Origin: Rebecca billardiae RCC1528
Lineage: Eukaryota; Protista; Haptophyta
Direction: 5' to 3'
DNA: 64,000 nucleotides
NCBI GenBank assembly: GCA_965240325.2
Contig: OZ251234.1
Location: 1,178,001 to 1,242,000 of the forward strand
Under the pieces are notes generated by a model that saw only the letters and a program-made list of their open reading frames with translations, was not told the DNA's origin and did no database searches. Numbering within the stretch: position 1 is the first letter of the stretch; every line of letters begins with the position of its first letter. This document shows positions 34,842 through 48,218 of this stretch, in pieces. The position numbers and the translations under genes were made by a program.

Positions 34842-35555
34842 CGAGAGCACGAGGGGCTTGAGGACGGTCACCATAGCGAGGTTGATCATCATCACGACGA
34901 TCACCAGAGCGAACGGAGCGATCTGCGAGCCCTTCGAGGCGGTGTACACGAGCCCGCCGATGAACGGGCCGGAGAGCGCGCCGATGGTCAGGCCGGTCAT
35001 CGCGTACCCGCCGGCGGACGCCCTGTCGTCCTCCTCGTGGCACAGCATGATGAGCGTCATGCCGCCGCCCATCAGAAGCGCCGAGCCGATACCCGAGAAG
35101 GCGCGCGCGGCGAAGAAGAGGTAGTAGCTCTCGAAGACGCCGAAGCCGACGGCGGAGGCGATGTTGATCATGATGCCCACCATCATCCCCAGCCACGGCG
35201 GCACCGACGACAGCAGCGGCCCGGCGATGAAGCCGACCAGCGCCTTGGACGCGAAGAGGACGCCAATGTACGTCTCGGTGGCCTGCGCGGGGTCGATGGC
35301 GAGGAGGACGGCGGGCATGATCGGGATGATGATGGTGAAGAGCAGGAAGTCGCACATCAGCGAGTACGCCACGACGATCACCACGAACCACTGCGACGAG
35401 TAGCCCGAGCCGGGCAGCGCGGTCGCGCGCGAGAGGAACGTCTTGCGCTTCTCGAGCATCGCGCTGTGCTTGCCCTCCTCGTACGGCGAGAGGGGCGCGG
35501 CGATGACCTCCGGGAGGTCCTCGAAGGTGTGGCTCATGCGGATGGAGAGTTCCAT
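33845..35555 (-). CDS. MFS transporter, SLC18 (vesicular amine transporter)-like; intron 34035-34146
   Basis: About 12 TM segments with motifs DFLLFTIIIPIMP, GVLFASKALV, ARAFSGIGSA, GPFIGG and LEAIAP resembling SLC18/DHA1. Splicing joins NCR|FAQLD to the stop at 33845. Confidence 0.85.
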
Positions 35556-36061
35556 GGCGGGCGCGCGGGCGCTGTCAGGGCGCGCGGCTCACGGGCGAAG
35601 ACGAATCCGGCGGGGCCGAGAGTGGGCGCGCCAGGCTCGGGTCGGTCCTGGATTCACGAGCAGCGGACGATGACGAAAATCTGCTGATGAAATGAAAAGC
35701 TTCTGGCGGACCTACGACGATTTTCATGACGATCGAAATCGTGCGCGCTCGCCAGGGTGACCGTCGGCTGACTTGGGGGGTCGACTGACCGAGTCACCGA
35801 GCGTGACACGTGCCCGTGGATCGCTGCGGGCTCTCCCGACGTCGGACGCAACCGTCGCTGCGCCTAGGTCGAGGGCCTCATGATCCAAAGAAATAAACTG
35901 GGCCTGGGGGCACCGCGAACGATGCGAGGCCTCACTCCGACGCAGCCGCAGGTGCGCCTCCCGAGCTAGTGCCCGAGCTGCCGTCGTCCGGACTCAAGAC
36001 ACGGTCTGACAGAGTCAAACTGGCCGGCGGGCTGTGCCTGTCGGCCGCCAGGAGCGGCCGC

Positions 36062-38488
36062 TCACTTGGGCGCGACCTTCACCCCGATCGACAGCTCATC
36101 GAGCTGCTTTGTCGTGATCGCGGACGGCGTGTTGATCATCACGTCGCGCCCCTGGTTGTTCTTAGGGAACGCGATGAAGTCGCGGATCGTCGTCGAGCCG
36201 CCGATCAGCGTGCACAGGCGGTCGAGTCCAAACGCGAGGCCGCCGTGCGGCGGCGCGCCGTACTCGAAAGCGCCGAGCAGGAAGCCGAACTGCGCCTTCG
36301 CCTCCTCCTCGGAGAAGCCTGCGCGCCGGGGCCGAAGCGCGTGAGCCCTCCTCCCTCCCCGCCCGCGCGCGCGAGCCGCACCTCCGCGCCGCGGCGCCGC
36401 CCGCGCGCTCCCCCGCCCGCGCGCCCGCCCGCGCGCCCGCCCCCGCGCCCGCCCGCCCGCGCCCGCGCTCGCACCGAGTAGTGAGAAGAGCTTGGACTGC
36501 ATCGCGCGGTCGTGGATGCGGATGGAGCCGCCGCCCACCTCCACACCGTTGATCACCATGTCGTACGCATTCGCGCGCACCTTCCCCGGGTCCGTCTCCA
36601 TCAGCGCAATGTCCTGCACGCCGGCAGCCAGCCGGCGCGGCGCGCGGCGCGCGGCGCGCGGCGGCGCGGCGCGGCGCGGGGCGGGGGCCGACTAAGCGAC
36701 CGCGCCGGCCGAGCGCGCGCTGCCGCGGCTCCGCGGCGGCGCGGCGGCGCGGCGGCGCGGCGGCGCGGCGGCGCACCTCGGGCTTGCACGAGGTGAACGG
36801 GTGGTGCATCGCGATGTACCGGTTCTCGTCCTCGTCCCACTCGAGCAGCGGGAAGTCCACCACCCAGCTGCACAGCGCGCGGCGCGGCATGGCGCGGCGT
36901 GGCGCGGCGCGCGGCGGCCGGCGGCAAGCACGGCGGAGCGAGTCGCGAGCGGCGCGCGCGCGGCGGCGCGTCGGGCCTTGGCGGGCGGGTGAGCGCGCGG
37001 GGGGCGACGAGTGCGCGGGGCGGCGCGGGCTTGGCGTGCGCGCGGCGCGCACAGCGCGCTGTAGCCCTCCGAGCGCAGCCCGAGCTCGGTGCCCATCAGG
37101 TGCCGGAACTTGCCCATCGCCGTCTGCGTCTTGAGGCGCGGCCCCCAGAAGACACAGATCAGGTCATCCGGCTGCGCCTCGCACGCGGCCGCCCACTGGA
37201 GGAGGTCGGCGGGGCCGAAGAACTTCTTGGCCGAGCAGTCGAGGTCGGGCTTCGCCGGGTCCACCGACTTCACCTTGACCCACACCAGCCCCGCCGCGCC
37301 CACCGCCTCCGACGTGGCGAGCTTCTCGAGCTCCTTCACCTTGGACTTGGACCACGCGCCCACCTTGGGGCACGCGACGGCCGCGACGTACTCCGCTTCG
37401 TCAAAGACCTTGAAGTCCTTGCCCTTGGCGAGGTGCGTGAGCTCGTGCAGCTTCATGCCGAACCGCAGGTCCGGCTTGTCGATCCCGTACTCGTCCATCG
37501 CCTGCGACCACGCCATCCGCCGGAACGGCGGCAGCGCCACGCCGAGCGCCTCCGCCCAGAGCGCGCGGATCAACCCCTCAAACACCGCGAGCACGTCCTC
37601 CTGTGAGACGAAGGAGAGCTCGCAGTCGATCTGGGTGAACTCGGGCTGCCGGTCGGCGCGGAGCTCCTCGTCGCGGAAGCACTTCACGATCTGGAAGTAC
37701 CGGTCCATCCCCGCCACCATCAGCAGCTGCTTGAACGTCTGCGGCGACTGCGGGAGCGCGTAGAACTGGCCCGGGTTCATTCGCGAGGGCACGACAAAGT
37801 CGCGCGCGCCCTCGGGCGTCGACTTGATGAGGACGGGGGTCTCGATCTCGACGAAGGCGCGGGACTCGAGGTACGCGCGCACCACGCGCGTCACGCGGTT
37901 GCGCAGCATCAGCGCCTCGGCGATCACCGGCCGGCGGATGTCGAGGTAACGAAACTCCATCCTCTTCTCCTCGAGCGCGGTCGTCTCGTTCTGGATGAGG
38001 AACGGCGGCGTGAGCGACTCGTTGAGCACGTCGAGGGCGGAGGCGAGCACCTCGATCTCCCCCGTCGCGCGCTGCGCGTTCTTGTTCGAGCGCTCCACCA
38101 CCTTCCCGCGCACGCGCAGCACGAACTCGCGGCCGACTTTCTTAGCCGCCTCGTAGCGCTCGAGGCTCTGCGCGCCGCCCTCGGCCGCGTTGAGGAAGAT
38201 GCACTGGGTGATGCCGTGGCGGTCGCGCAGGTCGATGAACGCGAAGTGCTTCATGTCGCGCGCCTGCTGCACCCAGCCGGAGAGCACCACCTCCTTGCCC
38301 ACGTCCGAGATGCGCAGCGCGCCGCACGTGTGCGTGCGGAAAGCCGTCGCCAGATCCGACGCATCGGCGGGCGCGGCGCCCGCCGCGCTCGGCGCGGCGG
38401 GCGCGCTCGCGCGCGCGCTCGGCTCGCCCTTTGACGGCAGCTGGCTCAGCGCCTCGCCCAGAGGGCCCGTGCCGTACGTCAGCGGCAT
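36062..38488 (-). CDS. aspS: Bacterial-type aspartyl-tRNA synthetase; introns 36868-37052, 36614-36776, 36319-36474
   Basis: [71 protein letters not shown] and IAFPK, plus a GAD insertion domain. Three GT-AG introns restore the frame. Confidence 0.97.
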
Positions 38489-38599
38489 GCTCGGAGAGGC
38501 GCGGGCCGCCGACGATCGACGATGGAGGCACGATGCGACCGCGTGGCCGCCAGGTGGCTCAGAGCGAGAGCGCGAGTTACTGTACGGCCGGGCCCTTCA

Positions 38600-39835
38600 A
38601 TGACACCGGACGTGAAGACGATGTCGTCCACGATGGCGGAGCTTCGCGTGTGCCAGGCGACCACGTGCACGCTGCGGGGATCCGAGGGCGTGCTCGTGGC
38701 GATCGAGGACCTCGCCCCGGCCAACCTGCACGTTTCGCGCAACACGTGCCTCTCCCGCTGCGGCGCCGGGCCGAACGTGCGCTGCACACCTGCAGAGGTG
38801 GACTCTCCCGTGCACGTGGCTTCCGGCATACATACAGTGCGCGATGCGGCCCGCCTCGTCGCGCGGCTGACGGGTCGGGCGTTGCCCGAGGCGCACGTGC
38901 GCGCGGTCGAGATCAAGCGCGCCGCAGCCATGCTGCCCGCCAATCGCCGCATGCACCTGCTCGAGCGTGCAGCGCGCGAGCTCGGATGCGCGGGCGCCCC
39001 GCCCCTCGGCCCGCCGCCGCGCGCCGAGGCACGGCCAGACGACCTCTGTGCGTCCGTGCTGGCGCTGTGCGCGGAGGCGGCGCTGGCGAGCGGGTACGCG
39101 CGCGCGGCGCAGACCCGCTACGAGCGCGCGCTCGCGCGGCTCGCGCCCGCCTGCGACCAAGGCGCTGCCCGACCAACCGTCCGCCGAAGGCATCGGCTGC
39201 GCGTGACGGCGACGGTGGGCCTGGCGGATGCGCTGCGCGCGGCGGGCAGCGAGCGCGCGGCCGCCGAGGCGTACGCGCGCGCGCTCGAGATGGCGGGAGC
39301 GGGCGCTGCGCAGCATGGCCGAGTGTTTCGCGCCGCCGAGGTCCGGCGAATCGAGGGCGCTCTGGCGCAGCTCCAAGCGCCTCATGGCCAGCTCGCGCAC
39401 GCGGCTGCGCGGCGCGCGCTGGCGAGCGCCGCTGCGCCTTCGGCGGCAGAGCTACATCTCGCAGCGCGCGTGGACCAACTCGCAGCGCGCGCGGGGAAGC
39501 CCAAGCCGACCACTCCCGCGACGAGTGGTGCGGCGACCGTAGCGGGCGAGGCCGAATGCGAGGCCGCTGGCAGCGCCGCTGCTGCAGAGGAGCCGAGCGG
39601 CGTGGCGGATGACGCCGCCGCCAGCGCCTGCTCGGACCTTTCCGGCGCTGACCGCTGCCGCCCCAGATCGAGCAGGGGGAATGGTGCCGCAATGGCAACT
39701 GGCGTGGTGGCGGCAGCCATGGCGGTTGCGCTCCTGCTGGGCATCCGATCTCGTGGCGGTGGCATTAACGCGGCGGCAACGACGCTCCACTTCGTCATGC
39801 GACGAGGCATGATGTCTGATCACCGCCACTTTTAA
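38600..39835 (+). CDS. Thioredoxin-like [2Fe-2S] ferredoxin domain + TPR-like helices + C-terminal TM segment
   Basis: LRVCQATTCTLRGS...CLSRCGAGPNV (Cx4C...Cx3C-GP pattern), then TPR-like A-x-x-Y-x-RAL helices and the hydrophobic tail GVVAAAMAVALLLGI. Start could be 38600, 38621 or 38633. Confidence 0.7.
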   Translation: MTPDVKTMSSTMAELRVCQATTCTLRGSEGVLVAIEDLAPANLHVSRNTCLSRCGAGPNVRCTPAEVDSPVHVASGIHTVRDAARLVARLTGRALPEAHVRAVEIKRAAAMLPANRRMHLLERAARELGCAGAPPLGPPPRAEARPDDLCASVLALCAEAALASGYARAAQTRYERALARLAPACDQGAARPTVRRRHRLRVTATVGLADALRAAGSERAAAEAYARALEMAGAGAAQHGRVFRAAEVRRIEGALAQLQAPHGQLAHAAARRALASAAAPSAAELHLAARVDQLAARAGKPKPTTPATSGAATVAGEAECEAAGSAAAAEEPSGVADDAAASACSDLSGADRCRPRSSRGNGAAMATGVVAAAMAVALLLGIRSRGGGINAAATTLHFVMRRGMMSDHRHF

Positions 39836-41257
39836 CTACGACGGCTATTGACGATTATATGATTACGACACACATTGTATATATGGGTTATGATGGCCCG
39901 CGGTGCAGGGCGGAACGCGCAGCGTGGAGCCCGCTCCGTGGGGCCTAACCACGTTTCAAAAAGATCTTTGACGATCAAAAAAAAAGGGACTGGGCGGTGT
40001 TTTCCAGAGTGGAGGAGACCGAGTTTCGATTTTTTGAGACCTCCTTACGCATGGATTAGCGTCGAAAAAGGGCGCGTCCGCCGTCTTGAATAGTGAACAG
40101 AGGAATCAACGAAACCCACGCCCAAGTGTGCGAGGCAGGGTAATTGTGGGTAGACTCTCGTTAATGTAGCTTGTGACCATAGTAAAATAATATGGCCTCG
40201 CCGCCGCAAGATGCCAAGAACGACCGTTGACATAATCGTCCAACCAACTCCAATAGTGCGAGACATTGAAAAATACCCGCCGCAGCTATCCGTATAGTCG
40301 GAGCGGAGGGGGCGTGCGCGGCGCGTGTCATCCCCGCGTTTTGTACATCCGGGAGACGAGGCGTCGCGAAGGCGACCCTTTCGCGCCCCTCGCCGAGCCG
40401 AGGCCCCCGCCGCCCGGGGGCGGGCTGCTGGGCGCACGAGCGCGAGCTGGCCACCGGCGTGAAGCCGAGGTGGAGCCAACTCGTCCTTCAGCTCGCAGGC
40501 GGCCCGGCTCCTGCGGCCGACCGCCCTGCTCGGGCATCCGCCTGCCTGCTTTGGCGCGGAGGCAAAACCGTACGGCCTAGCCCGCCGCCGCCACGCGGCG
40601 GCCAGTCGGGGTGTCGTGTCGCGATTTGCGGGTGCGCGCCTCGCGGGGCAGGTGGCACTGTCCCGCCCGAGCGGTTCCGACCCCCGAAATTCCCTCGCAA
40701 GCGCCCGCGAACGCGGATCCTCGCCGCGGGCTCGCCGGGGCCCATGTGCGCACCCGGGTGCCCCTGTCGAGGCTCCAGTCTGGTGCGAGCACCGAAGGAT
40801 GGTGCGGGCCGGGAGGCGTGGTGCGCGACGCCACCGAGGCCGCGGGCCAGCTAGGCACCGCTTGCGCGCCCACCAGTAGCCTGTGGCCCGACCACGCGTT
40901 CAACCGTGGCACCCGATGGCAGTCACGGTCAGACGGTGCTCTGCGCCTGCGGCTGGAGCGCGCTGTGCGCTCAGACGCGAGCGGCCGCCAAGTTGCCGGG
41001 TAGACGCCGTGCGCACGCTCTGGCAGCTGCGGATCAGCATCCTGCGAAGCTCTGCTGCCCCCACCTGAATGCTCGCACCACCCACCACGCGGCCAGCCGG
41101 CCGCGCGCGCCGCGCGGCCACCTCACCCGACGACTGCGACTCTGCGAGCCTTGGGATACTGCGCGTATATTGTGTGCTCAACGTGGGTGACAGCACAGCT
41201 GCGCCGCGGGCCCCCAACTACGTTGGTTCTGACGGAAGAGGACCGCGGAACGCGGTC

Positions 41258-41277
41258 ATATATATATATATATATCA

Positions 41278-41324
<47 letters not shown>
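41258..41324 (+). repeat. (AT)n microsatellite, once interrupted
   Basis: Read directly. Confidence 0.95.
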
Positions 41325-41327
<3 letters not shown>

Positions 41328-41561
41328 TGACTGCGCGACGACGACGGGCCGCATCCGGTGGCAGCGCGATGGCACTACTCCACTAGTCACTAGACGTCGT
41401 CGTGGTTGCAATGATCATGATGGCGGCATGTACATCAATTAAATCATACATGATGCGCCGAGTGGCCGCTAAGGCGACCGACGGCCGGGACGTAGCATGG
41501 GATGGCGCGCAATATATTGCAGATATTGCTCGTCGTCGGATGATGCGTCGACGATGTACTA

Positions 41562-43265
<1,704 letters not shown>

Positions 43266-43531
43266 GGCGGGTGTTGGCGCGACGTCTTCGCGTCCGGGTT
43301 CAGGCGGCCGGACGCCGGAAGCCCGGAACAAGGCCGGAGCCAGGAGGGGAGCAGAAGCGCGATTTATTTCAGACCGGAAAGTTTGATGCGCTTTTGGCCG
43401 TCAAGCACGCCCAGAATCCCCAGATAGAGTTTCGTTGGTCAGACAGTGTTACGCCCGCCCAGGCGTGTCAAGGTCGTTCCGAGTTCCAACCGGCTTGCGG
43501 CCACCCGCCGAGGAGCCTTGCCGCCCTCTCG

Positions 43532-45214
43532 ATGGCGGGCTCGCCGCTGCGCGTGCGGCTTGACAGGCCGCCACCACGGCTGACCGACTGGATGAACCGC
43601 GGGAGCAAGTCAGCCCTGCACCCTCGTGCAGCCCCCGCCGCCTTCCGCCACGAGGTCGACCTCGCCGACCTGCCGCTCGTGTCGCCGGGCACTTGGAAGG
43701 TGTGTGTGGAGGCGCGCGCTGCGGCGGCTGGCGGCGGCGTGGCGGGCGGGCGCCGGCGCATGCGCGACCGCGCATCCACACGTGCCATACGCATACGCGC
43801 TCTCCGCCCACCCGTCCCCGCCCCGCCCCACGCCCAACGCCCGCGGCCGCCTGGCGCGCGCGTGCCGGTGCGCGCAGGTAAGCAAGAGTGGCCGCTATGT
43901 GGCCCCCGAGCTGCCCTGCCCGTACCTGGAGAGCCAGCCCAAAGTGCCGCGCCGGCGGAAAGTGCCCCACGCGGCGCAGGGCCCTACGCAGCACGCCTCC
44001 GGCGCGTCGAACGCCGGCTCGTCCAGCGGCAGCTCGGCAGCTGCCAAGCGGCGCAGCCGCAGCGTGCCTCCGCAGGCCGTGGCGCGCCGCCGAGCCGCCG
44101 CCGCGCACAACTCGCCGCTGGCGGCGGCGTGCCGCGCGTACGCGACGGCGCGGCTGACGGCCGTGCACGCGCACGCCGGCGGGCCCTCCGCCAGTGTGAG
44201 CACCGGCGGCGTCGGCCACGCCTCCGCCTCGGCCGCGGCAGGCGGCGGCGGCACCCGTCACCGCTCCGTCCTCGCATCTATCCTCGCTGCCGACGCGGAG
44301 CGGCTGGAGGAGGCGATGGCGGAGCAGCTGCTGCAGCTGCACGACCCGCAGATGTGCGCCGCACGCCCAAGCCACGCGCGCGCGAGCCCCGCACGCGACG
44401 ACCGCCGGGCAGCCGCGCTCACGCGCCCCGTGCTGCGCGGTCCCCGCCCCGCCCGCCTGCGCCTGCCGCCGCCGCCGCGCGCCGTCTCGTCCTCCTCCGT
44501 CCGCGCCTGCGACCGGTCTTTTTTATTTGGGGGTTTTGTTGGGCCTAGCAGCAGCTTCGTCGACGTGTGGGCGCAGATCACCTCCGCGGCGGAGGTCGTG
44601 GGCGTCGACCCTGAGACGTACGCCCAGCTCTGGGCGTTGCAGGTGCGCGCGCACCCCGTCGCCTCCGCTGCCGTGCGCTTTCCGCGCCGCGCGCGCAGCG
44701 GTGACTCACCCGCCTGCCCCGGCCCACCGCCCTCGCGCGCGCGCAGCATCGCGACATCGAGCCCGAGGACTACGACGTGCTGCAGAAGCTGCAGGCCACC
44801 GTGCGCCCGCCCACGCTCGACGTGTCGCAGCTCCGAGGCTTCACGACCGCGTACGTCGGCTCTCGGCGGCAGCTCATCGCGCGCCCGGCACAGCACGGCG
44901 GCTCGGAGGGCGGCGCGCTGCCCGCTGGCGCGGCGCACGACGGCGCGCTGGACGGCGCGCAGTGCGCGGTCTGCCTCGACGAGTACGCCATCGGCGACGT
45001 CGTGCGCGTGCTGCCGTGCCAGCACTACTTCCACCAGGCCTGCATCGACTCCTGGCTCACCGAGTCCTCCACCAAGTGCCCCGTCGACAACCGAGAGGTC
45101 GTGCGCCGCTCTCTGGACGAGGCCGGGGCCGGGGCGGAGGGCGCGAGCGGCGAGGGGCAGGCCGGAGCAGCCGGCGCGCGGCCGCACTCGGAGGGCGTGC
45201 AGGAGGGCGGATGA
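43532..45214 (+). CDS. RING-H2 E3 ubiquitin ligase-like protein; introns 43700-43877, 44354-~44548, 44643-44746
   Basis: LQ|HRDIEPEDYDVL motif preceding CAVCLDEY...LPCQHYFHQACIDSWL...CPVD. The splice junctions keep the frame. Confidence 0.8.
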
Positions 45215-46732
45215 CAGGCTGCGGTTGTTGGACTGGCCCAGCCGGCCGCAGCGACTGCGATCGGCGGCCCGCGAGCGCACCAGGCGCTGCCGCGCGATGC
45301 GGGCTCACAGGATTGCGGCCGGGTGACACCGGTTGGCAGCATCGTCGACGTTGTTTGCGCGATGCGCCGTTTGCGCCGCCTGCTGCCGACTGAATGGCCG
45401 CCGATGGGCACACCGCACCGTCAGCAGCGGTGCCGAGCTGACGGACGCGGACGCAGGCGCCGCCGCCGGACGCGCGGGGCGGCCTGCTGGTGGCGGCGCT
45501 GCGCGGCCCGTGCCGGCGTGCCGGCGTGCCGGCCCCTCCGGCCCCGGGGCCGTGCCCGTGCCCGTGGCGGGCTTCACGAACTTCGACGTTGAAGCTCGGT
45601 GAAGCCTTTTAAAACCATTTGACGGTCGTTTATGTCAACTCGCAGTCCTGGCATATATTAATGGCGTATTATAATATATACATATTATAATAAATGTTAT
45701 TAAAATTATAATTTTTATAAGTAATAAATTATGATGAATCAGTATTATGCGGATCGAGTAATCTGCGTCCGAACCGTAGGCGTAGACGAGTTCCGACGAC
45801 AGGCGACGTACTACATACAAATTACAGTCCGACACTATACGACTCATTACGCGGCCCTGATAAATCAAAGTCAAAGTGCTCCGTCCGAGAGTGCTCGGAC
45901 TGCATGCTGATCTGCATCATGCAGCTAGCCAGAGACTACCGATTAGTTGCAGACCGTCTGCGGCCCTCATCGGCGGTACTGCTGCTGTTGGCGTCGCGCT
46001 GACGTCGACGACAGACAGACTGAGACAGGCGGACAGCGTCGCCGTGCCCCGAGCCGGCGGCGACGACGACAGACGGCGTAGTGAGACGGACACGGGCCGG
46101 CACTTGGGTCTGCTTGGCCCCCGCGGGCCCCGCCGGATGAGCTCGAATATAGATCTATCGCATCCGATTCCGAGTCGCCCGCTGAGACACTCAAGACCGA
46201 GTCCGCGTTATAAGTCGTTGACACTCTTATTTATATGAATAAGCTGCCTACTCACTACTTTTAAAGCCGCCGGCCGGGCCGGGCCGAGAATTATATATAT
46301 TACTCGCGCGCCAATTATAATACACATATTGAAAATGCGCTATTTAAATATAATTAGCAGCCTAGTAGCCTGATGAGCCTGATCTAAGTGAAGTGAATTA
46401 GTGAATCGACGACTTATTAAGAATAAGTAATTCTGCTGCTACCAGTACCGCGTCGTTAATTAATCATAGTACATTAGACAGTCTACAATTTGAGGCGGTG
46501 CGACGCCGCGGCCCGGCGGATCGCCACCGTTGGCAGCACCGCGCCGTACCTGGTAGTGGTAAGCTTAAAGCTATATATGTATGTACATGCATGGTCATGA
46601 TGAATCCTTCACCCGCGCGATCACGGATGATCACCCGGTGTCCGTGGCCCGGACTCTGAGCGGCCATGCATGGCACCCGGCTGTCGCGATGGCCCCAGGG
46701 ACACACACACACGGCCCGCACCATCGCCTCCT

Positions 46733-47320
46733 TCAGTGCCGCCCGCGTTTTGCCCACGCGGACGGCCAGCCGTCCAGCGGGTTGTGCAGCTCGTGACCGC
46801 CCTCCACCAGCGCCGTGTCGTCGCCGAGCTCGGCGACGCACCGCTTCCGCGGTGCCAGCGGCGCGTCGGCGGAGCCGGATACGGCCGCCTGGAAGAGCTG
46901 CGGCGCTGAGCTCGTCACTTCCCAAGGGCTCGACTCGGGTGCGCGAGCCGAGTGGTTGGGCGCTCCGAAGCCGCCCGCCGTCAGTGGGCGCTCGGGCCCG
47001 GTGTGCATGGATGTCGCGTCTTGGCCCACGCCATCTGCCCCCGGAGGGGGCGTGGGTTGCTTGCTGTCTGGTCGGTCGGAGTGCTGCCCGTTCGCAGCTT
47101 GCTGCAGCTGCGGTAGCACGAAATTGATCAGGCTCGCCGCATCGATCGTGTTCGAGGACTCGTCGGAGCAGTGCTTCACCGCAAACTGCAGGACGGCCTC
47201 AAGCGCCGCCTTGTAGCCCGAGATGTACGCGTCTCGTCGCTGCTGGGCGCCGTGCTGGTACAGCTTTGTGAGGCTCGTCGCCGCGTCCGAGTACAGCTGC
47301 CAGTCCGTCTGCTCCGTCAT
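46733..47320 (-). CDS. HAPSTR1/C16orf72 (DUF4588)-like protein
   Basis: WQLYSDAATSLTKLYQ...AYISGYKAALEAVLQF...IDAASLINF resembles the AAxxxxxLY...G...AL helical domain; basic C-terminus (PRKR, KRGR). Confidence 0.6.
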   Translation of the reverse strand: MTEQTDWQLYSDAATSLTKLYQHGAQQRRDAYISGYKAALEAVLQFAVKHCSDESSNTIDAASLINFVLPQLQQAANGQHSDRPDSKQPTPPPGADGVGQDATSMHTGPERPLTAGGFGAPNHSARAPESSPWEVTSSAPQLFQAAVSGSADAPLAPRKRCVAELGDDTALVEGGHELHNPLDGWPSAWAKRGRH

Positions 47321-47543
47321 GGTTGCGCCGCCGCCCCGCGCGCGTGGGTCCTCGCGTTGCGGGGGAGGGCGCTTCACAAAGGCTCGTCGCTCAGAGCGAT
47401 GGATGGCAGCGGAAGTGGCGGAAAGCTGTTTGGACACGGACAAATTGAAAATGGACAATCCGGCCATTCCGGTCGTCGGTGGCCGCGCGCGAACTCGACG
47501 CGCTCCGTGTTGCTCCGCGCCGTCACAGGCGGGCGGCCGGTGG

Positions 47544-48218
47544 ATGAAGTCGATCTTCCCGCACGTGCGCTGGCTCGCGTCGGAAGGCAGCGTCCGGGTG
47601 GGGACTGTCTGGTGCGTCGGGCGGAACTACGTCAAACACGCCGCCGAACTCGGCAACGACGTGCCCGAAGAGCCGCTCATCTTCCTCAAGGCGGCCACGG
47701 CCGTGCGTCCGCTGACGGCGCCGGGGTCGCCGTTCGCGCACGCCGACGAGGAGTTACACCACGAGGCGGAGCTCGTGCTGCTCATTGGCGAGCACATTCC
47801 GCTCGGAGGTCCGAGCACGCGCGCGCAGCTCCGCGCCGCAGTGCACGGGGTCGCGCTCGGCCTGGACATTACGCGACGCACGCATCAGACGGAGCTGAAG
47901 CAACGCGGCCTGCCGTGGCACAGCAGCAAGAGCTTCGCCGGGGCTGCGCCCGTGAGCGAGTTTGTGCGCGAGTTCGAGCTCGGCGCAATCGAGTACTCCC
48001 TAGCGGTGAACGGCGAGCGACGCCAGTACGCGCGGGCGGAGGACATGATCTTTGAGCCGCTGCAGCTGCTCCGGCATCTGAGCCTCTCACACGAGCTTCT
48101 CCCCGGGGACCTCGTCTTCACCGGCACGCCCGAAGGGGTCGGCCCGATCCGGCGGGGAGACAGGTTCGAGCTCGCGTTCGAGCGCGGCGCGCATGGCCGC
48201 TTTGAGGGGGAGCTGTGA
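47544..48218 (+). CDS. FAHD1: Fumarylacetoacetate hydrolase family protein (FAHD1/YcgM-like)
   Basis: CVGRNYVKHAAELGN, PLIFLK, LHHEAEL, GLDIT.R, KGLPW-like segment, SKSF, LLPGDLVFTGTPEGVG. True start uncertain. Confidence 0.92.
   Translation: MKSIFPHVRWLASEGSVRVGTVWCVGRNYVKHAAELGNDVPEEPLIFLKAATAVRPLTAPGSPFAHADEELHHEAELVLLIGEHIPLGGPSTRAQLRAAVHGVALGLDITRRTHQTELKQRGLPWHSSKSFAGAAPVSEFVREFELGAIEYSLAVNGERRQYARAEDMIFEPLQLLRHLSLSHELLPGDLVFTGTPEGVGPIRRGDRFELAFERGAHGRFEGEL

Noticed and set aside
39937-39954. Telomerase RNA template (CCTAACC)
   Set aside because: Only 7 nt and partly buried in a CGTGG/CCACG stem; insufficient evidence.
45062-45090. RING domain ending in CPVD as a sign of inactivation
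   Set aside because: Asp at the last zinc-ligand position is a known functional RING variant.
45602-46580. AT-rich island as foreign DNA or mobile element
   Set aside because: No TIRs, TSD or credible ORF; it lies between convergent gene ends like other AT-rich spacers in the window.
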